From Rhodospirillales bacterium (GTDB lineage: Bacteria > Pseudomonadota > Alphaproteobacteria > Rhodospirillales > JASLLZ01), in NCBI GenBank assembly GCA_030746775.1, contig JASLLZ010000003.1, forward strand, positions 7,435 to 71,434: a stretch of 64,000 bases of DNA, read 5' to 3'. Below the pieces are notes generated by a model that was not told the DNA's origin, did not search any database, and was given only the letters and a program-made list of their open reading frames with translations. The position numbers were made by a program, and so were the translations under genes. Positions 39,096 to 50,082 of the stretch are shown in pieces; the first letter of the stretch is position 1, and every line of letters starts with the position of its first letter.

Positions 39096-41003
39096 TCAGG
39101 GTCGCGCGCCGGCGTATCCGAGGCTTGTCAATGCCTGTTCGATTCCGTCCAGAACCGTCGCATCGTCGATGGTCGGCGGAACCTTGTGGTCCTCCACGTC
39201 GGCGATCTTTTGCATGGTGCCGCGCAGGATCTTGCCCGAACGCGTCTTGGGCAGGCCTTCGACCACTCCGGCCTGACGAAAGGCGGCGACGGGGCCAATG
39301 CGCTCGCGCACCATCCCTACCGCCTCGGCAACGATCTCTTCGTGGGACCGCTCGACGCCCGTCTTGAGCACCAACAAGCCGATCGGCACTTGGCCCTTGA
39401 TCGAGTCGGCGACGCCGATTACGGCGCATTCGGCGACATCGGCATGGGCGGCCAGCACTTCTTCGATGGCGCCGGTCGACAAGCGGTGGCCGGCGACGTT
39501 GATGATATCGTCGGTGCGCGCCATGACATAGACGTAACCGTCGCCGTCGATGTAGCCGGCGTCGGCGGTCTTGTAATAGCCGGGGAACTCGGTGAGATAG
39601 GACTCGACGAATCGGTCGTCGGCGTTCCACAGGGTCGGCAGGGCGCCCGGCGGCAACGGCAGCTTGACCACGATGGCGCCGATGGTGCCCGGCGCCACCT
39701 CCTTGTTTTCGGCGTCGACGACGTGGACGTCCCAACCCGGCACCGCCTTGGTCGGCGAACCCGGTTTGACCGGAAAGGGGTGCAGGCCCATGCAGTTGGC
39801 GGCGATGGCCCAGGCGGTCTCGGTCTGCCACCAGTGGTCGATGACCGGCTTGCCGAGGTTGCTCTCGGCCCAGGCCAGGGTGTCGGGATCGGTGCGCTCG
39901 CCGGCCAGGAAAAGCATCTTGAAGTGGGAAAGATCAAAGCGCCCCATCATCTCGGCGTCCGGGTCCTCGCGCTTGATGGCGCGAAACGCCGTCGGCGCCG
40001 TGAACAGCACGTTGACTCCGTGTTCGGAAATAATCCGCCAGAAGGCGCTGGCATCTGGCGTGCCGACCGGCTTGCCCTCATAAAGAATGGTCGTACAGCC
40101 GTGCAGCAGCGGGCCGTAGACGATGTACGAATGACCCACCACCCAGCCGACGTCGGAAGCCGCCCAGTAGACGTCCCCGGGTTCGACGTCGTAGATATTG
40201 CGCATCGACCACTTGAGCGCCACCATGTGGCCGCCGTTGTCATGCACGACGCCCTTGGGCGTGCCCGTAGTGCCCGAGGTATAGAGGATATAAAGGGGAT
40301 CGGTGGCCGCCACGGGAACGCAGTCGGCGGGCTGCGCCGTGGCCATGACGGCGTCCCAGTCATGGTCCCGGCCGGCGATGAGGGCGGCCTTTTCTTGCGG
40401 GCGCTGCAAGATGACGCAGGCCTCGGGCTTGTGCCGCGACAACTCGATGGCGCCATCGAGGAGCGGCTTGTAGGCGATGACGCGGTTGACCTCGATGCCG
40501 CAGGAGGCGGAGACGACGACCCTGGGTTGGGCGTCGTCGATTCGTCCCGCCAATTCAGCCGCCGCGAAACCACCGAAAACCACCGAATGCACGGCGCCCA
40601 GCCGCGCCGTCGCCAGCATGGCGACGATGGCCTCGGGCACCATGGGCATATAGATCACGACACGGTCGCCCGCAACGACGCCGAGGCCGCGCAGCACCCC
40701 GGCGAATCGCGCCACCTGATCGCGCAGTTCGCGGTAGGTAAAGGTCTTGACCGTGTTGCCGGTAACGGGGCTATCGTAGATCAGCGCCGCCTGATCGCCG
40801 CGCCCCTCATCGACGTGGCGGTCAAGGGCATTGAAACACGTGTTGACCATGCCGCCTGCGAACCAGCGGTAAAAAGGCGCGTTGGAATCGTCGAAGACCT
40901 TGTCCCAACGCTTATACCAGTGAATGTCGTCGGCCGCCTCGCCCCAGAAGCCTTCCGGGTCTTGCAGCGAGCGGGCGTAGGCTTCGTCGTATCGGTTGGT
41001 CAT
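39096..41003 (-). CDS. prpE: propionate--CoA ligase (acyl-CoA synthetase, PrpE-like)
   Basis: 635 aa. EGFWGEAA...FYRWFAGGMVNTCFNALDRH and YTSGTTGTPKG. The N-terminus aligns with PrpE rather than Acs. Confidence 0.82.
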   Translation of the reverse strand: MTNRYDEAYARSLQDPEGFWGEAADDIHWYKRWDKVFDDSNAPFYRWFAGGMVNTCFNALDRHVDEGRGDQAALIYDSPVTGNTVKTFTYRELRDQVARFAGVLRGLGVVAGDRVVIYMPMVPEAIVAMLATARLGAVHSVVFGGFAAAELAGRIDDAQPRVVVSASCGIEVNRVIAYKPLLDGAIELSRHKPEACVILQRPQEKAALIAGRDHDWDAVMATAQPADCVPVAATDPLYILYTSGTTGTPKGVVHDNGGHMVALKWSMRNIYDVEPGDVYWAASDVGWVVGHSYIVYGPLLHGCTTILYEGKPVGTPDASAFWRIISEHGVNVLFTAPTAFRAIKREDPDAEMMGRFDLSHFKMLFLAGERTDPDTLAWAESNLGKPVIDHWWQTETAWAIAANCMGLHPFPVKPGSPTKAVPGWDVHVVDAENKEVAPGTIGAIVVKLPLPPGALPTLWNADDRFVESYLTEFPGYYKTADAGYIDGDGYVYVMARTDDIINVAGHRLSTGAIEEVLAAHADVAECAVIGVADSIKGQVPIGLLVLKTGVERSHEEIVAEAVGMVRERIGPVAAFRQAGVVEGLPKTRSGKILRGTMQKIADVEDHKVPPTIDDATVLDGIEQALTSLGYAGARP

Positions 41004-41086
41004 GTCCCCTCCCTGCCGCCGGAACCTGCCCGGTGACGAAACAATAGTGCCGTTCCGCCCCCGCGCGACGGGGAGGAAACCGCTCG

Positions 41087-41251
41087 TTAGCCGCTAATGG
41101 CGGAAAGTTCGTCTTTGATTCGGAGCTTTTGTTTCTTGAGATCGACGATCGCCACGTCGTCGGGGAGAGGTCGGCTGTTTTCTTCTTCGATGGCAATTTC
41201 AAGGGCTTGATGCTTGGCTTTTAAGGCGTCGATCCTCTCATCAACGCTCAT
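41087..41251 (-). CDS. DUF465 (YdcH-like) small protein, 54 aa (below the ORF-track cutoff)
   Basis: Hand translation: MSVDERIDALKAKHQALEIAIEEENSRPLPDDVAIVDLKKQKLRIKDELSAISG. H..L...I......P..D...I..LKK.KL.LKDEI is the family pattern. Confidence 0.7.
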   Translation of the reverse strand: MSVDERIDALKAKHQALEIAIEEENSRPLPDDVAIVDLKKQKLRIKDELSAISG

Positions 41252-41309
41252 GGCGCTATCCTCCTTGAGGTCAGTTTACCGAATGTCGTCAATGATACTC
41301 CGGCACGCC

Positions 41310-41347
41310 AAAAAAATCCAGGCGGCGATGGGCCAAATAAGTCGCCG
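41310..41347 (-). terminator. possible terminator after pfk
   Basis: Minus strand: CGGCGA-13 nt-UCGCCG, then CCUGGA and U7. Confidence 0.35.
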
Positions 41348-41350
41348 GAC

Positions 41351-42442
41351 TCAATCGCCGAGACAGATGCCCAGCCCCCGGGCCGTGTTCACCAAAGTAC
41401 CGTTAACTTCGACATTGTGATTGCGGCTTACCACCTCTTCCAGGGGCACCGCCACGACCTCGCGGTGCTGCCAGGCGACCATGCGGTCGGTTCGTCCCTC
41501 GGCCAACAGATCGACGGCCTTGACCCCGAAGGCCGAGGCGATGATGCGGTCGCGGCTTGACGGCGCGCCGCCGCGCTGCACGTGCCCAAGCACCGTGACC
41601 CGGGTTTCGGCGCCGGTCAGTTGAGCGATCTGTTCGCCCAGTCCGTGCCCGACGCCGCCGTAGCGGACCTCGCCATCCACGTGGGTGGTGGTGACCGAAC
41701 CGCCATCGGCCGACCTGATTGCTTCCGAACAAACGACGAGGGCGTGGTTGCGGCCCTGTTGGCGCAGGCTTGCAATCTTGTCAGCGATCTTTTCCAAGTG
41801 GTAGGGAATCTCGGGAATCAAGATGACATCGACGCCGCCCGCGATGCCGGCGTTGAGCGCCAGGTGCCCGGCGTCACGGCCCATGACCTCCAGAATCATC
41901 ACGCGTTGGTGGCTGGCCGCCGTCGGCTGCAGACGGTCGAGCGCTTCCGAGGCCGCGGTGACGGCGGTGGCGAAGCCGATCGAAAATTCGGTGAATGGCA
42001 CGTCGTTATCTATGGTCTTGGGGATGCCGATGAAGGGGATTCCGCCCTGTTGGGCCAGCCGGCTTAGAATCTTCATGCTGCCGTCGCCGCCGATGCCGAT
42101 CAGCCCGTCCAAGCCAAGCTCGTGGAAGCCGTCGACAAAGGCCTGCGAGCGGTCCTCGACGGTCCCGTCAGGCATGTCATAAGCGAAGGGATCGCCCTTG
42201 TTGATGGTCCCCAAGATGGTCCCGCCCATACGCAGGATGTTGCCGGTGAAGATGCGCAGGCTCAGTTCTTCGTACATCAGCGGACGTTCCAAAAGCCCCC
42301 GCGTGCCCTCCTTGACGCCAAGGACCTGCCAACCGTAACCGCGGATGGCTCTCTGCACGACGGCGCGAATGGCGGCATTCAGGCCGGCGCAATCGCCGCC
42401 GCTGGTCAATACGCCGATCCTCTTGATGGTCCCGCTGGTCAT
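41351..42442 (-). CDS. 6-phosphofructokinase (GGDGS, ATP-dependent type)
   Basis: IGVLTSGGDCAGLNAAIR, IGGDGS, PKTIDND and MGRDAGHLAL. The start is taken at MTSGTIKR. Confidence 0.88.
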   Translation of the reverse strand: MTSGTIKRIGVLTSGGDCAGLNAAIRAVVQRAIRGYGWQVLGVKEGTRGLLERPLMYEELSLRIFTGNILRMGGTILGTINKGDPFAYDMPDGTVEDRSQAFVDGFHELGLDGLIGIGGDGSMKILSRLAQQGGIPFIGIPKTIDNDVPFTEFSIGFATAVTAASEALDRLQPTAASHQRVMILEVMGRDAGHLALNAGIAGGVDVILIPEIPYHLEKIADKIASLRQQGRNHALVVCSEAIRSADGGSVTTTHVDGEVRYGGVGHGLGEQIAQLTGAETRVTVLGHVQRGGAPSSRDRIIASAFGVKAVDLLAEGRTDRMVAWQHREVVAVPLEEVVSRNHNVEVNGTLVNTARGLGICLGD

Positions 42443-42555
42443 GACCTGTCCTTTCCTTCCGCGCCCCGGCACGACGCGCCCTGGAATACAACACTAATAT
42501 CCATTTCGGGAGAGATTTGCTAAGATACAACCCCTTTCGATGAGCTCGGGAACCG

Positions 42556-42756
42556 ATGGCCGATACGGAAGCGCTCCGGCGAAAACTGGAACTGCTCAAG
42601 ACTGAACATCGTGACCTTGACGACGTAATTTTGCGCGTTTCCGAAAGCACGTCCTTTAATCAGCTTAAGCTCAAACGCCTGAAAAAACGAAAACTTGTCC
42701 TCAAGGATCAGATCGCCAAGTTGGAAAGCCAGCTTTTGCCCGACATCATCGCCTAA
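42556..42756 (+). CDS. DUF465 (YdcH-like) small protein, 66 aa
   Basis: LELLKTEHRDLDDVI......S.NQLKLKRLKKRKLVLKDQIAKLE. Confidence 0.72.
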   Translation: MADTEALRRKLELLKTEHRDLDDVILRVSESTSFNQLKLKRLKKRKLVLKDQIAKLESQLLPDIIA

Positions 42757-43502
42757 GCGGTGTCGCGGGCGCGCCTGTCGCTGTCCGCCATCTCAAGAAT
42801 GTCATCGACGCTTTCACCGGCGGCGAAAGAATGAAGCCCCCAGGCGGCGGCAAGGTGGATCGTCCCGCCCTGCCATTCAAAAGGCCGGCCGGCCAGGGCG
42901 ACGACCAATTCCCGAGCCTTCTCGACGGCCGCTTCCTCCTCGGTCACGGTGAGGATTATGCCGAGGTCGTTGCCTTCCAGGCCGCCGACGAAGTCACTGC
43001 CCCTGAGCGATTCGCCAAGCACCGCGACCGCATGAGCCATCGCCGCCTCGGCGGCCAAGCGTCCCTGGGTGCGTTTGATGTCCTCGAAGTTGGTAATGCC
43101 GAGATAGAGAAAACTGCTGTTGGTTTTCGAACTCTCGGCACGGGTCAGGACACGCGATAGCTCACGCAGCAAGGCGCGGCGACTCATGACGGGAAGAAAG
43201 GGGTGCTGATCGACTTGCTCTTCCAGATAGTGGGCGTGCTCCTTGATATGATCCAGTTCGCCGCGCACCCGGTCAAACTCGGCCATGATAATGGCCAACG
43301 CCTCTTGCACCTTGGCCGTCAACTCAGCCGCCGGGATGCCCATGATGAAGGCCACGTCGGCGATGTTGCGCTCGCCCGAAGGTTTGTCGGCCGCCTCGTC
43401 TTCGGCCTCCGGCTGGCGCTGGGAATCCTGCCGCTCTTGTTGATCGCGCGTGTCAAGAGCCGCCACCGCGGGAATGAAGCCCGGCGCCTCGATGTCGCTC
43501 AT
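42753..43502 (-). CDS. degenerate GGDEF-domain protein (probably catalytically inactive)
   Basis: HPFLPVMSRRALLREL resembles DPLTGLxNRR. The GG(D/E)EF position reads EGNDL. The start is at ATG 43502, preceded by GGAGG. The ORF could extend to 43541. Confidence 0.55.
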   Translation of the reverse strand: MSDIEAPGFIPAVAALDTRDQQERQDSQRQPEAEDEAADKPSGERNIADVAFIMGIPAAELTAKVQEALAIIMAEFDRVRGELDHIKEHAHYLEEQVDQHPFLPVMSRRALLRELSRVLTRAESSKTNSSFLYLGITNFEDIKRTQGRLAAEAAMAHAVAVLGESLRGSDFVGGLEGNDLGIILTVTEEEAAVEKARELVVALAGRPFEWQGGTIHLAAAWGLHSFAAGESVDDILEMADSDRRARDTA

Positions 43503-43575
43503 GGCCCTGCCTCCGACTTGCCCGATCAGGCTAGCATTCACTTAAAGACGAAACAAAAGGATTTCCCCGACCCGC

Positions 43576-43603
43576 TTGCGATCGGTCGGGGCGGCCCTAT
43601 AAT
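43576..43603 (+). promoter_or_regulatory. sigma70-like promoter candidate for purEK
   Basis: TTGCGA, a 16-nt spacer, then TATAAT (43598-43603), lying 35 nt upstream of purE ATG 43638. AAGGAGG RBS at 43623-43629. Confidence 0.4.
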
Positions 43604-43637
43604 CGTCGGCTTTCGCCGAACCTAAGGAGGCCCCGAC

Positions 43638-44147
43638 ATGGCCGGCGCCGCCACCGACGACGGTCCCTTGGTGGGTGTCCTCATGGGCAGCCAATCCGAC
43701 TGGCCGACACTCCGCCACACCGCCGAAGTCCTCGAAGCCCTTGGCGTGCCCCACGAGACCCGGATTGTCTCAGCCCACCGAACGCCTGAGCGGCTTTTCG
43801 ACTATGCCGCCGGCGCCCGCGACCGGGGCCTCAAGGTCATCATCGCCGGCGCCGGCGGGGCCGCGCACCTGCCCGGCATGATCGCCTCGAAGACACCGCT
43901 CCCCGTTTTCGGCGTCCCCGTCGAAAGCGCCCAACTGAAGGGCATGGACAGCCTTCTTTCCATCGTCCAGATGCCTGGCGGCGTGCCCGTCGGAACCCTG
44001 GCCATTGGACGCGCCGGCGCCATCAACGCGGCCCTGCTGGCGGCCGCTGTCCTGGCCCTTGGCGACCAGCGCATAGCCGCCGCCCTTGACGACTGGCGCG
44101 CCCGTCAGACCGACCAGGTGGCCGACGCGCCCAGCGACGACGCTTGA
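43638..44147 (+). CDS. purE: 5-(carboxyamino)imidazole ribonucleotide mutase
   Basis: [10 protein letters not shown]...SAHRTP...[14 protein letters not shown]...PVFGVPV. Confidence 0.95.
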   Translation: MAGAATDDGPLVGVLMGSQSDWPTLRHTAEVLEALGVPHETRIVSAHRTPERLFDYAAGARDRGLKVIIAGAGGAAHLPGMIASKTPLPVFGVPVESAQLKGMDSLLSIVQMPGGVPVGTLAIGRAGAINAALLAAAVLALGDQRIAAALDDWRARQTDQVADAPSDDA

Positions 44148-44154
44148 GCAGACC

Positions 44155-45255
44155 TTGAAAACGGATCCCGACCGGCCCATCCCGCCGGGCAGCACCATCG
44201 GTATCATGGGCAGCGGCCAATTGGGCCGCATGACGGCCCTTGCCGCGGCGCGCCTGGGTTACCGCTGCCACGTCTTCTCGCCCGAAGCCGATAGCCCGGC
44301 CGAGCATGTGGCGGCGGCAACGGTGGCGCCTTATACCGACCGGGCGGCGTTGAAACGATTCGCCCGAGACGTCGACGTCGTCACCTTCGAGTTCGAAAAC
44401 GTCCCCCATGATTGCGTCAAGCTTCTGTCCGAGCGGGTTTGCGTCAGGCCCAGTTGGGAATGCCTGCACATCTCCCAGGACCGTCTGCGCGAGAAGAATT
44501 ACATGGCCTCCATCGGCGTGCCGACGGCGGCCTGCGCAGAGGTCACCAGCGCCAATGCGCTGACGCGGGCGGCGGCCAACCTGGGTCGGCCTGCCGTCCT
44601 GAAAACGACACGGCTCGGCTACGACGGTAAGGGCCAGGTGATGGTGAAAGCGGACACCGATCCACAAGCCGCCTGGGCCGAGATGGGCGCCGAGGTAGGG
44701 ATATTGGAATCCTTCATCGATTTCGAACGCGAGATTTCGGTCATCGTGGCACGCACTCCCGACGGACAAAGCGTGGCCTTCGACCCGGTGGAAAACCGCC
44801 ACGTCAATCATATCCTGGACACCACCATCGCGCCCGCGCCGATTTCGGCGGCCCTGGCCCAAGAGGCGGTGGACATCGCCGGCCGCATCGCCCAATCCAT
44901 GGACCTCATTGGGTTATTGGCGGTGGAAATGTTCGTCACCCGGCAGAGCGGAATTTTGGTCAACGAGATCGCACCCAGACCCCACAACTCAGGCCACTGG
45001 ACCATCGACGCCTGCGTGACCAGCCAGTTCGAACAGTTCGTGCGCGCCATCTGCGGACTGCCCCTGGGTTCGCCGGAGCGCCATTCGGACGCCGTGATGA
45101 AGAACCTGATCGGCACCGACGTCGAGGACTGGCGGGAACATCTGTCGGACGGGGGCGCAAAGGTGCATCTTTACGGCAAGGCGGAGACCCGATCCGGCCG
45201 CAAGATGGGCCATGTGACCCGTTTGTTCGCCAAGGGCTCGGAGCCCACCCCGTAG
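44155..45255 (+). CDS. purK: 5-(carboxyamino)imidazole ribonucleotide synthase
   Basis: IGIMGSGQLGRM, an ATP-grasp core, and NEIAPRPHNSGHWT. The start is ambiguous: TTG 44155 or ATG 44206. The track start at 44086 overlaps purE. Confidence 0.9.
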   Translation: MKTDPDRPIPPGSTIGIMGSGQLGRMTALAAARLGYRCHVFSPEADSPAEHVAAATVAPYTDRAALKRFARDVDVVTFEFENVPHDCVKLLSERVCVRPSWECLHISQDRLREKNYMASIGVPTAACAEVTSANALTRAAANLGRPAVLKTTRLGYDGKGQVMVKADTDPQAAWAEMGAEVGILESFIDFEREISVIVARTPDGQSVAFDPVENRHVNHILDTTIAPAPISAALAQEAVDIAGRIAQSMDLIGLLAVEMFVTRQSGILVNEIAPRPHNSGHWTIDACVTSQFEQFVRAICGLPLGSPERHSDAVMKNLIGTDVEDWREHLSDGGAKVHLYGKAETRSGRKMGHVTRLFAKGSEPTP

Positions 45256-45392
45256 CGACGCCGGGCCTTCACCGATCCGTGATCCAAAGTTACTGGATTT
45301 CGTGCGCCGCCCAAGCCACTTTTAGTCATAGCCAGCAACGGCCCTCCTTGCTGGAAAAGGCAGGATTTCCCCCCCCCCTCCTGCCAACGATT

Positions 45393-45427
45393 CGGGCGCG
45401 GCCTTTGGCGGCGCCCGTTTCGTTTCA
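45393..45427 (+). terminator. possible terminator after purK
   Basis: CGGGCGCGGCC-UUU-GGCGGCGCCCG, followed by UUUCGUUUC. Confidence 0.45.
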
Positions 45428-45452
45428 ATGACCATGCCAGGGCGATCGACGT

Positions 45453-46094
45453 TCAGGTTCGCCGGGCTCGCACGGCGCCCGGGCCGGCCTGCCGCCCGAG
45501 GCGCGAGATTCGTTCCACGATACTCATGGGGTTAAGACCGGAGAGCACCCGGGCGCCCTCTATCCGGCGTTCCAGAAAGGACCAGGTATCGGCGTGGTCC
45601 TCCGAATCGTCGCCCAGCCAATACAGCACGGTCGCCGCGTAGACACAGCCCAGCGCGGCGCGCTTGGTGTAATAGGAAAAATCCACCGACCGGTCGCCGA
45701 TGGCGTGCCATATGGTGTCCACCGTGCGCCAGGCGCAGCGCGCCGCCGCGTTGGCATTGTGGGGCAGAGCGAGGAACGCGATGGACCGGCGCACGGCTTC
45801 GCGGTGGGGGGCCAGCCCATCGAGACGCAGGCGCACGGCCAGGGCGATGCCGTGGCCTACCGAAGGCCCGATTTCGGCGCGGCGCTCCAGCTCCGCCGTC
45901 ATGCGGCGGTCGGCGTATTCGGAAAAATGCTCGGCCAGTTCCACCATGCCGCCGGGAAATGCGCGCAACGCCGCGTCAGGCGTCAAGCCGGCGTCGGCAC
46001 CCCCGGCCGCCAAGGCGCGTGCCGTCCACCCGTCGAATACCACATGAGGGAGCGCGGCAAGCAATATCTCATCCCTGGTTTGGCGCTGCGCCAT
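45453..46094 (-). CDS. COQ9 family protein (rpsU-divergently-transcribed protein family)
   Basis: 213 aa. [16 protein letters not shown]...A...G matches the family N-terminus. rpsU lies nearby on the opposite strand. Confidence 0.75.
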   Translation of the reverse strand: MAQRQTRDEILLAALPHVVFDGWTARALAAGGADAGLTPDAALRAFPGGMVELAEHFSEYADRRMTAELERRAEIGPSVGHGIALAVRLRLDGLAPHREAVRRSIAFLALPHNANAAARCAWRTVDTIWHAIGDRSVDFSYYTKRAALGCVYAATVLYWLGDDSEDHADTWSFLERRIEGARVLSGLNPMSIVERISRLGRQAGPGAVRARRT

Positions 46095-46124
46095 GCTTTC
46101 CCTCCGTCGAATCCCGGTTGGCCT

Positions 46125-46679
46125 TCAAAGCTCGCCGCCGACGCCGGCGGCACGCCTCAACTCTTCGACAAATCCGAACTGGGACAAGTCGGTCATGCGA
46201 AGCGGATAGAGAAGTCCGTCCAGATGGTCGCACTCGTGCTGGACGACGCGGGCATGAAACCCCTCGGCGAGGCGTTCCACAACTGTCCCGTCGGCGGCAA
46301 CGCCGCGATAGCGGATATGGGCGAAGCGGGGAACCATTCCCATCAGCCCGGGCACCGAGAGACAGGCTTCCCAATCCAGTGTCCGCTCTTCGCCGAGGGG
46401 CTCTATTTCGGGATTGACGAGGATGGTCAGGGGCCGGGGATCGCTCGAAGGATCGTCCTCCATCTCTTCCTCGCTGCCCTCGACGGGCTCGTGGAAGATC
46501 ACCACCCTCTTGGCGACGTGCACCTGGGGCGCCGCCAGGCCAACGCCTTGGGCATCGTGCATGGTATCGATCATGTCGGCGATCAGGCGTTTGATCTCGG
46601 AAGCACCGGGATCGGCCACGGGTTCGGCCGGCCGGCGCAGGACCGGATGGCCCATGCGCGCGATCTTCAATATGGCCAT
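46125..46679 (-). CDS. def: peptide deformylase
   Basis: [17 protein letters not shown] and HECDHLDG, the three signature motifs. Confidence 0.94.
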   Translation of the reverse strand: MAILKIARMGHPVLRRPAEPVADPGASEIKRLIADMIDTMHDAQGVGLAAPQVHVAKRVVIFHEPVEGSEEEMEDDPSSDPRPLTILVNPEIEPLGEERTLDWEACLSVPGLMGMVPRFAHIRYRGVAADGTVVERLAEGFHARVVQHECDHLDGLLYPLRMTDLSQFGFVEELRRAAGVGGEL

Positions 46680-46805
46680 GGCGTTTTCCCCTCAAGCGCG
46701 CCGGCAAGGCCTTCACAGGACGTAGCGGGTGTGTTAGAAGGCCTTCCTTCCTTACGGAATGTTGTCGATTCAACCGTCTTTATCAAGAAGGAGTTTCCGG
46801 TAACC

Positions 46806-47009
46806 GTGCAAGTCGTGGTCAGAGACAACAACGTCGATCAGGCCCTCAAGGTCCTCAAGAAGAAGATGCAGCGCGAAGGCATTTTCCGCGAGATGAAGCT
46901 TCGGCGCTCCTATGAAAAGCCGTCCGAGCGCCGGGCACGCGAAAAGGCGGAAGCCATTCGGCGCGCCCGCAAGCTTGAGCGCAAGCGCCTCGAACGCGAG
47001 GGATTCTAG
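46806..47009 (+). CDS. rpsU: 30S ribosomal protein S21
   Basis: The GTG start gives [56 protein letters not shown]. These are the last 67 codons of the 471-aa track ORF. Confidence 0.93.
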   Translation: MQVVVRDNNVDQALKVLKKKMQREGIFREMKLRRSYEKPSERRAREKAEAIRRARKLERKRLEREGF

Positions 47010-47049
47010 TCCCCGCCATCACGCCAAACGCTTATCCAGAAAGCGCTCA

Positions 47050-47083
47050 GAAAAAGGGCCACCGCGGTTTGCCACGGCGGCCC
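47050..47083 (-). terminator. rho-independent terminator after pntB
   Basis: Minus strand: a GGGCCGCCGUGGCAAACCGCGGUGGCCC hairpin followed by UUUUUC. Confidence 0.55.
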
Positions 47084-47101
47084 TCAGTCGTAGCGCGATC
47101 C

Positions 47102-48493
47102 CTAGCCTAGTGCCTGGACGATTTGTTCCGACATCTTTTTGGCGTCGCCGAACAGCATCATGGTCTTGTCGGCGAAGAACAGAGGATTGTCGAGGCCCGC
47201 GTAGCCCGATGCCAGGGACCGCTTGATGAAAAGCGTCGTCTGGGCCTTTTCCACATCCAAAATGGGCATGCCGTAAATATCGCAGCCCGGTTCGGTCTTG
47301 GCCTGCGGGTTGGTGATGTCGTTAGCGCCGATGACGAAGGCAACGTCGGCGGTCGAGAATTCGTGGTTGATCTCGTCCATCTCGAAAACCTCGTCATAGG
47401 GCACGTTGGCCTCGGCCAACAGCACGTTCATGTGCCCCGGCATGCGCCCCGCCACCGGATGGATGGCATAGGAAACCTCGACCCCTTCCTCCTTGAGCTT
47501 GTCCGCCATCTCGCGCAAGGCGTGCTGGGCCTGGGCCACCGCCATGCCATAGCCGGGAACGATGATCACCTTGTTGGCATTTTTCATGATGAAGGCGGCG
47601 TCGTCTGCGCTGCCCGACTTGGCGGACCGGTCCCTGCCGCCGGTAGCAACAGGTCCCGCCACCTCGCCGCCGAAGCCGCCCAACAGCACGTTGAAGATGG
47701 AGCGGTTCATCCCCTTGCACATGATGTAGCTGAGGATGGCGCCCGACGAACCGACCAGCGCGCCGGTGACCACCAGCGCCGGATTGCCCAGGGTGAACCC
47801 GATGCCGCAGGCGGCCCAGCCCGAGTACGAATTCAACATCGAGACCACCACCGGCATGTCGGCGCCGCCAATCGGAATGATGATCATGAAACCGATGACG
47901 AAAGTCAGCGCGGCCAGCGCCCAGAAAACACTATAGGACTCGGTGGCGACGAACCAAATCATGAGCAGCACCATGACGACAGCGAGCAACGCGTTGAGCG
48001 GATGTTGCCCGGGGAAGACGATGGGGTTGCCGGTCATTACACCCTTCAGTTTGGCAAAGGCGATCACAGAGCCCGAAAACGTGATCGCGCCAATGGCCAT
48101 GCCGAGCGACATCTCGATCAGGCTTGCCGCCTTGATGGCGCCGACGGTGCCGATGCCATAGGCCTCGGGGTGGTAGAGCGCCGCCGCGGCAACGAACACC
48201 GCGGCCAGGCCAACCAAGGAATGGAAGGCGGCGACCAGTTCCGGCAAGGAGGTCATATGGATGCGCAGCGCCACCACGGTCCCGATGCTGCCGCCGATGA
48301 GAACGCCAAGGACGATCATGGAGAAGCTGACCACGGTCGGGTCGCTAAGCGCCGTCAGGACGGCAATAACCATCCCGATGATGCCCAAGGTATTACCCCG
48401 GCGCGCCGTCTCCGGCGAACTCAGGCCGCGCAGCGCCAAGATGAAACAGACGGCCGCGATCAGGTAGGCGAATCCGGTAACGGTTGTACTCAT
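47102..48493 (-). CDS. pntB: NAD(P) transhydrogenase subunit beta
   Basis: 463 aa. Multi-TM N-terminal half and a C-terminal dIII domain (VIIVPGYGMAVAQAQH...YAIHPVAGRMPGHMNVLLAEA). Confidence 0.95.
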   Translation of the reverse strand: MSTTVTGFAYLIAAVCFILALRGLSSPETARRGNTLGIIGMVIAVLTALSDPTVVSFSMIVLGVLIGGSIGTVVALRIHMTSLPELVAAFHSLVGLAAVFVAAAALYHPEAYGIGTVGAIKAASLIEMSLGMAIGAITFSGSVIAFAKLKGVMTGNPIVFPGQHPLNALLAVVMVLLMIWFVATESYSVFWALAALTFVIGFMIIIPIGGADMPVVVSMLNSYSGWAACGIGFTLGNPALVVTGALVGSSGAILSYIMCKGMNRSIFNVLLGGFGGEVAGPVATGGRDRSAKSGSADDAAFIMKNANKVIIVPGYGMAVAQAQHALREMADKLKEEGVEVSYAIHPVAGRMPGHMNVLLAEANVPYDEVFEMDEINHEFSTADVAFVIGANDITNPQAKTEPGCDIYGMPILDVEKAQTTLFIKRSLASGYAGLDNPLFFADKTMMLFGDAKKMSEQIVQALG

Positions 48494-48505
48494 GATCCCG
48501 CCCCC

Positions 48506-48928
48506 CTAGCTCTTCTGCTTCTTCTTGAACATGGACAGCATCCTTTGCGTGACGATGAAGCCGCCGAAGATGTTGACCGAGGCCAAGGTCACGGCAACGA
48601 ACCCCATGACCTTTGAAAAATCGACGTCGGCGGGACCGGCGGCGATCAGCGCACCAACGATGATAACCGACGAGATCGCGTTGGTGACGCTCATCAACGG
48701 CGAGTGCAGGGCCGGCGTGACGCTCCACACCACGTAGAAGCCAATGAAGACAGCCAGAACGAACACGGTGAACAAGAAGAGGAAGGTATCGACCCCTCCC
48801 TGCGTCTGAATGGCGGCCTGAGCGGCGGTTTCGGCCGCCTCCTTGGCCAACTGGGCGGCGCTGTTGGCCATGCTCGCCGCTTCGTTGGCCAGCTTGGACG
48901 CGCTTTCCGCAATATCTGACGGGTCCAT
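48506..48928 (-). CDS. pntA: NAD(P) transhydrogenase subunit alpha part 2 (membrane part)
   Basis: [20 protein letters not shown] motif. The start is at MDPSDIAE (48928), directly after the stop of alpha part 1. Confidence 0.86.
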   Translation of the reverse strand: MDPSDIAESASKLANEAASMANSAAQLAKEAAETAAQAAIQTQGGVDTFLFLFTVFVLAVFIGFYVVWSVTPALHSPLMSVTNAISSVIIVGALIAAGPADVDFSKVMGFVAVTLASVNIFGGFIVTQRMLSMFKKKQKS

Positions 48929-48930
48929 GT

Positions 48931-50082
<1,152 letters not shown>

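Noticed and set aside
38880-41036. 718-aa ORF on the plus strand
   Set aside because: It is antisense to prpE and the 3' end of the aldehyde dehydrogenase gene. It has low-complexity Arg/Gly/Asp composition and no motifs.
45594-47009. 471-aa ORF
   Set aside because: It is mostly antisense to the COQ9-family and def genes. Only the final 67 codons (GTG 46806) encode ribosomal protein S21.
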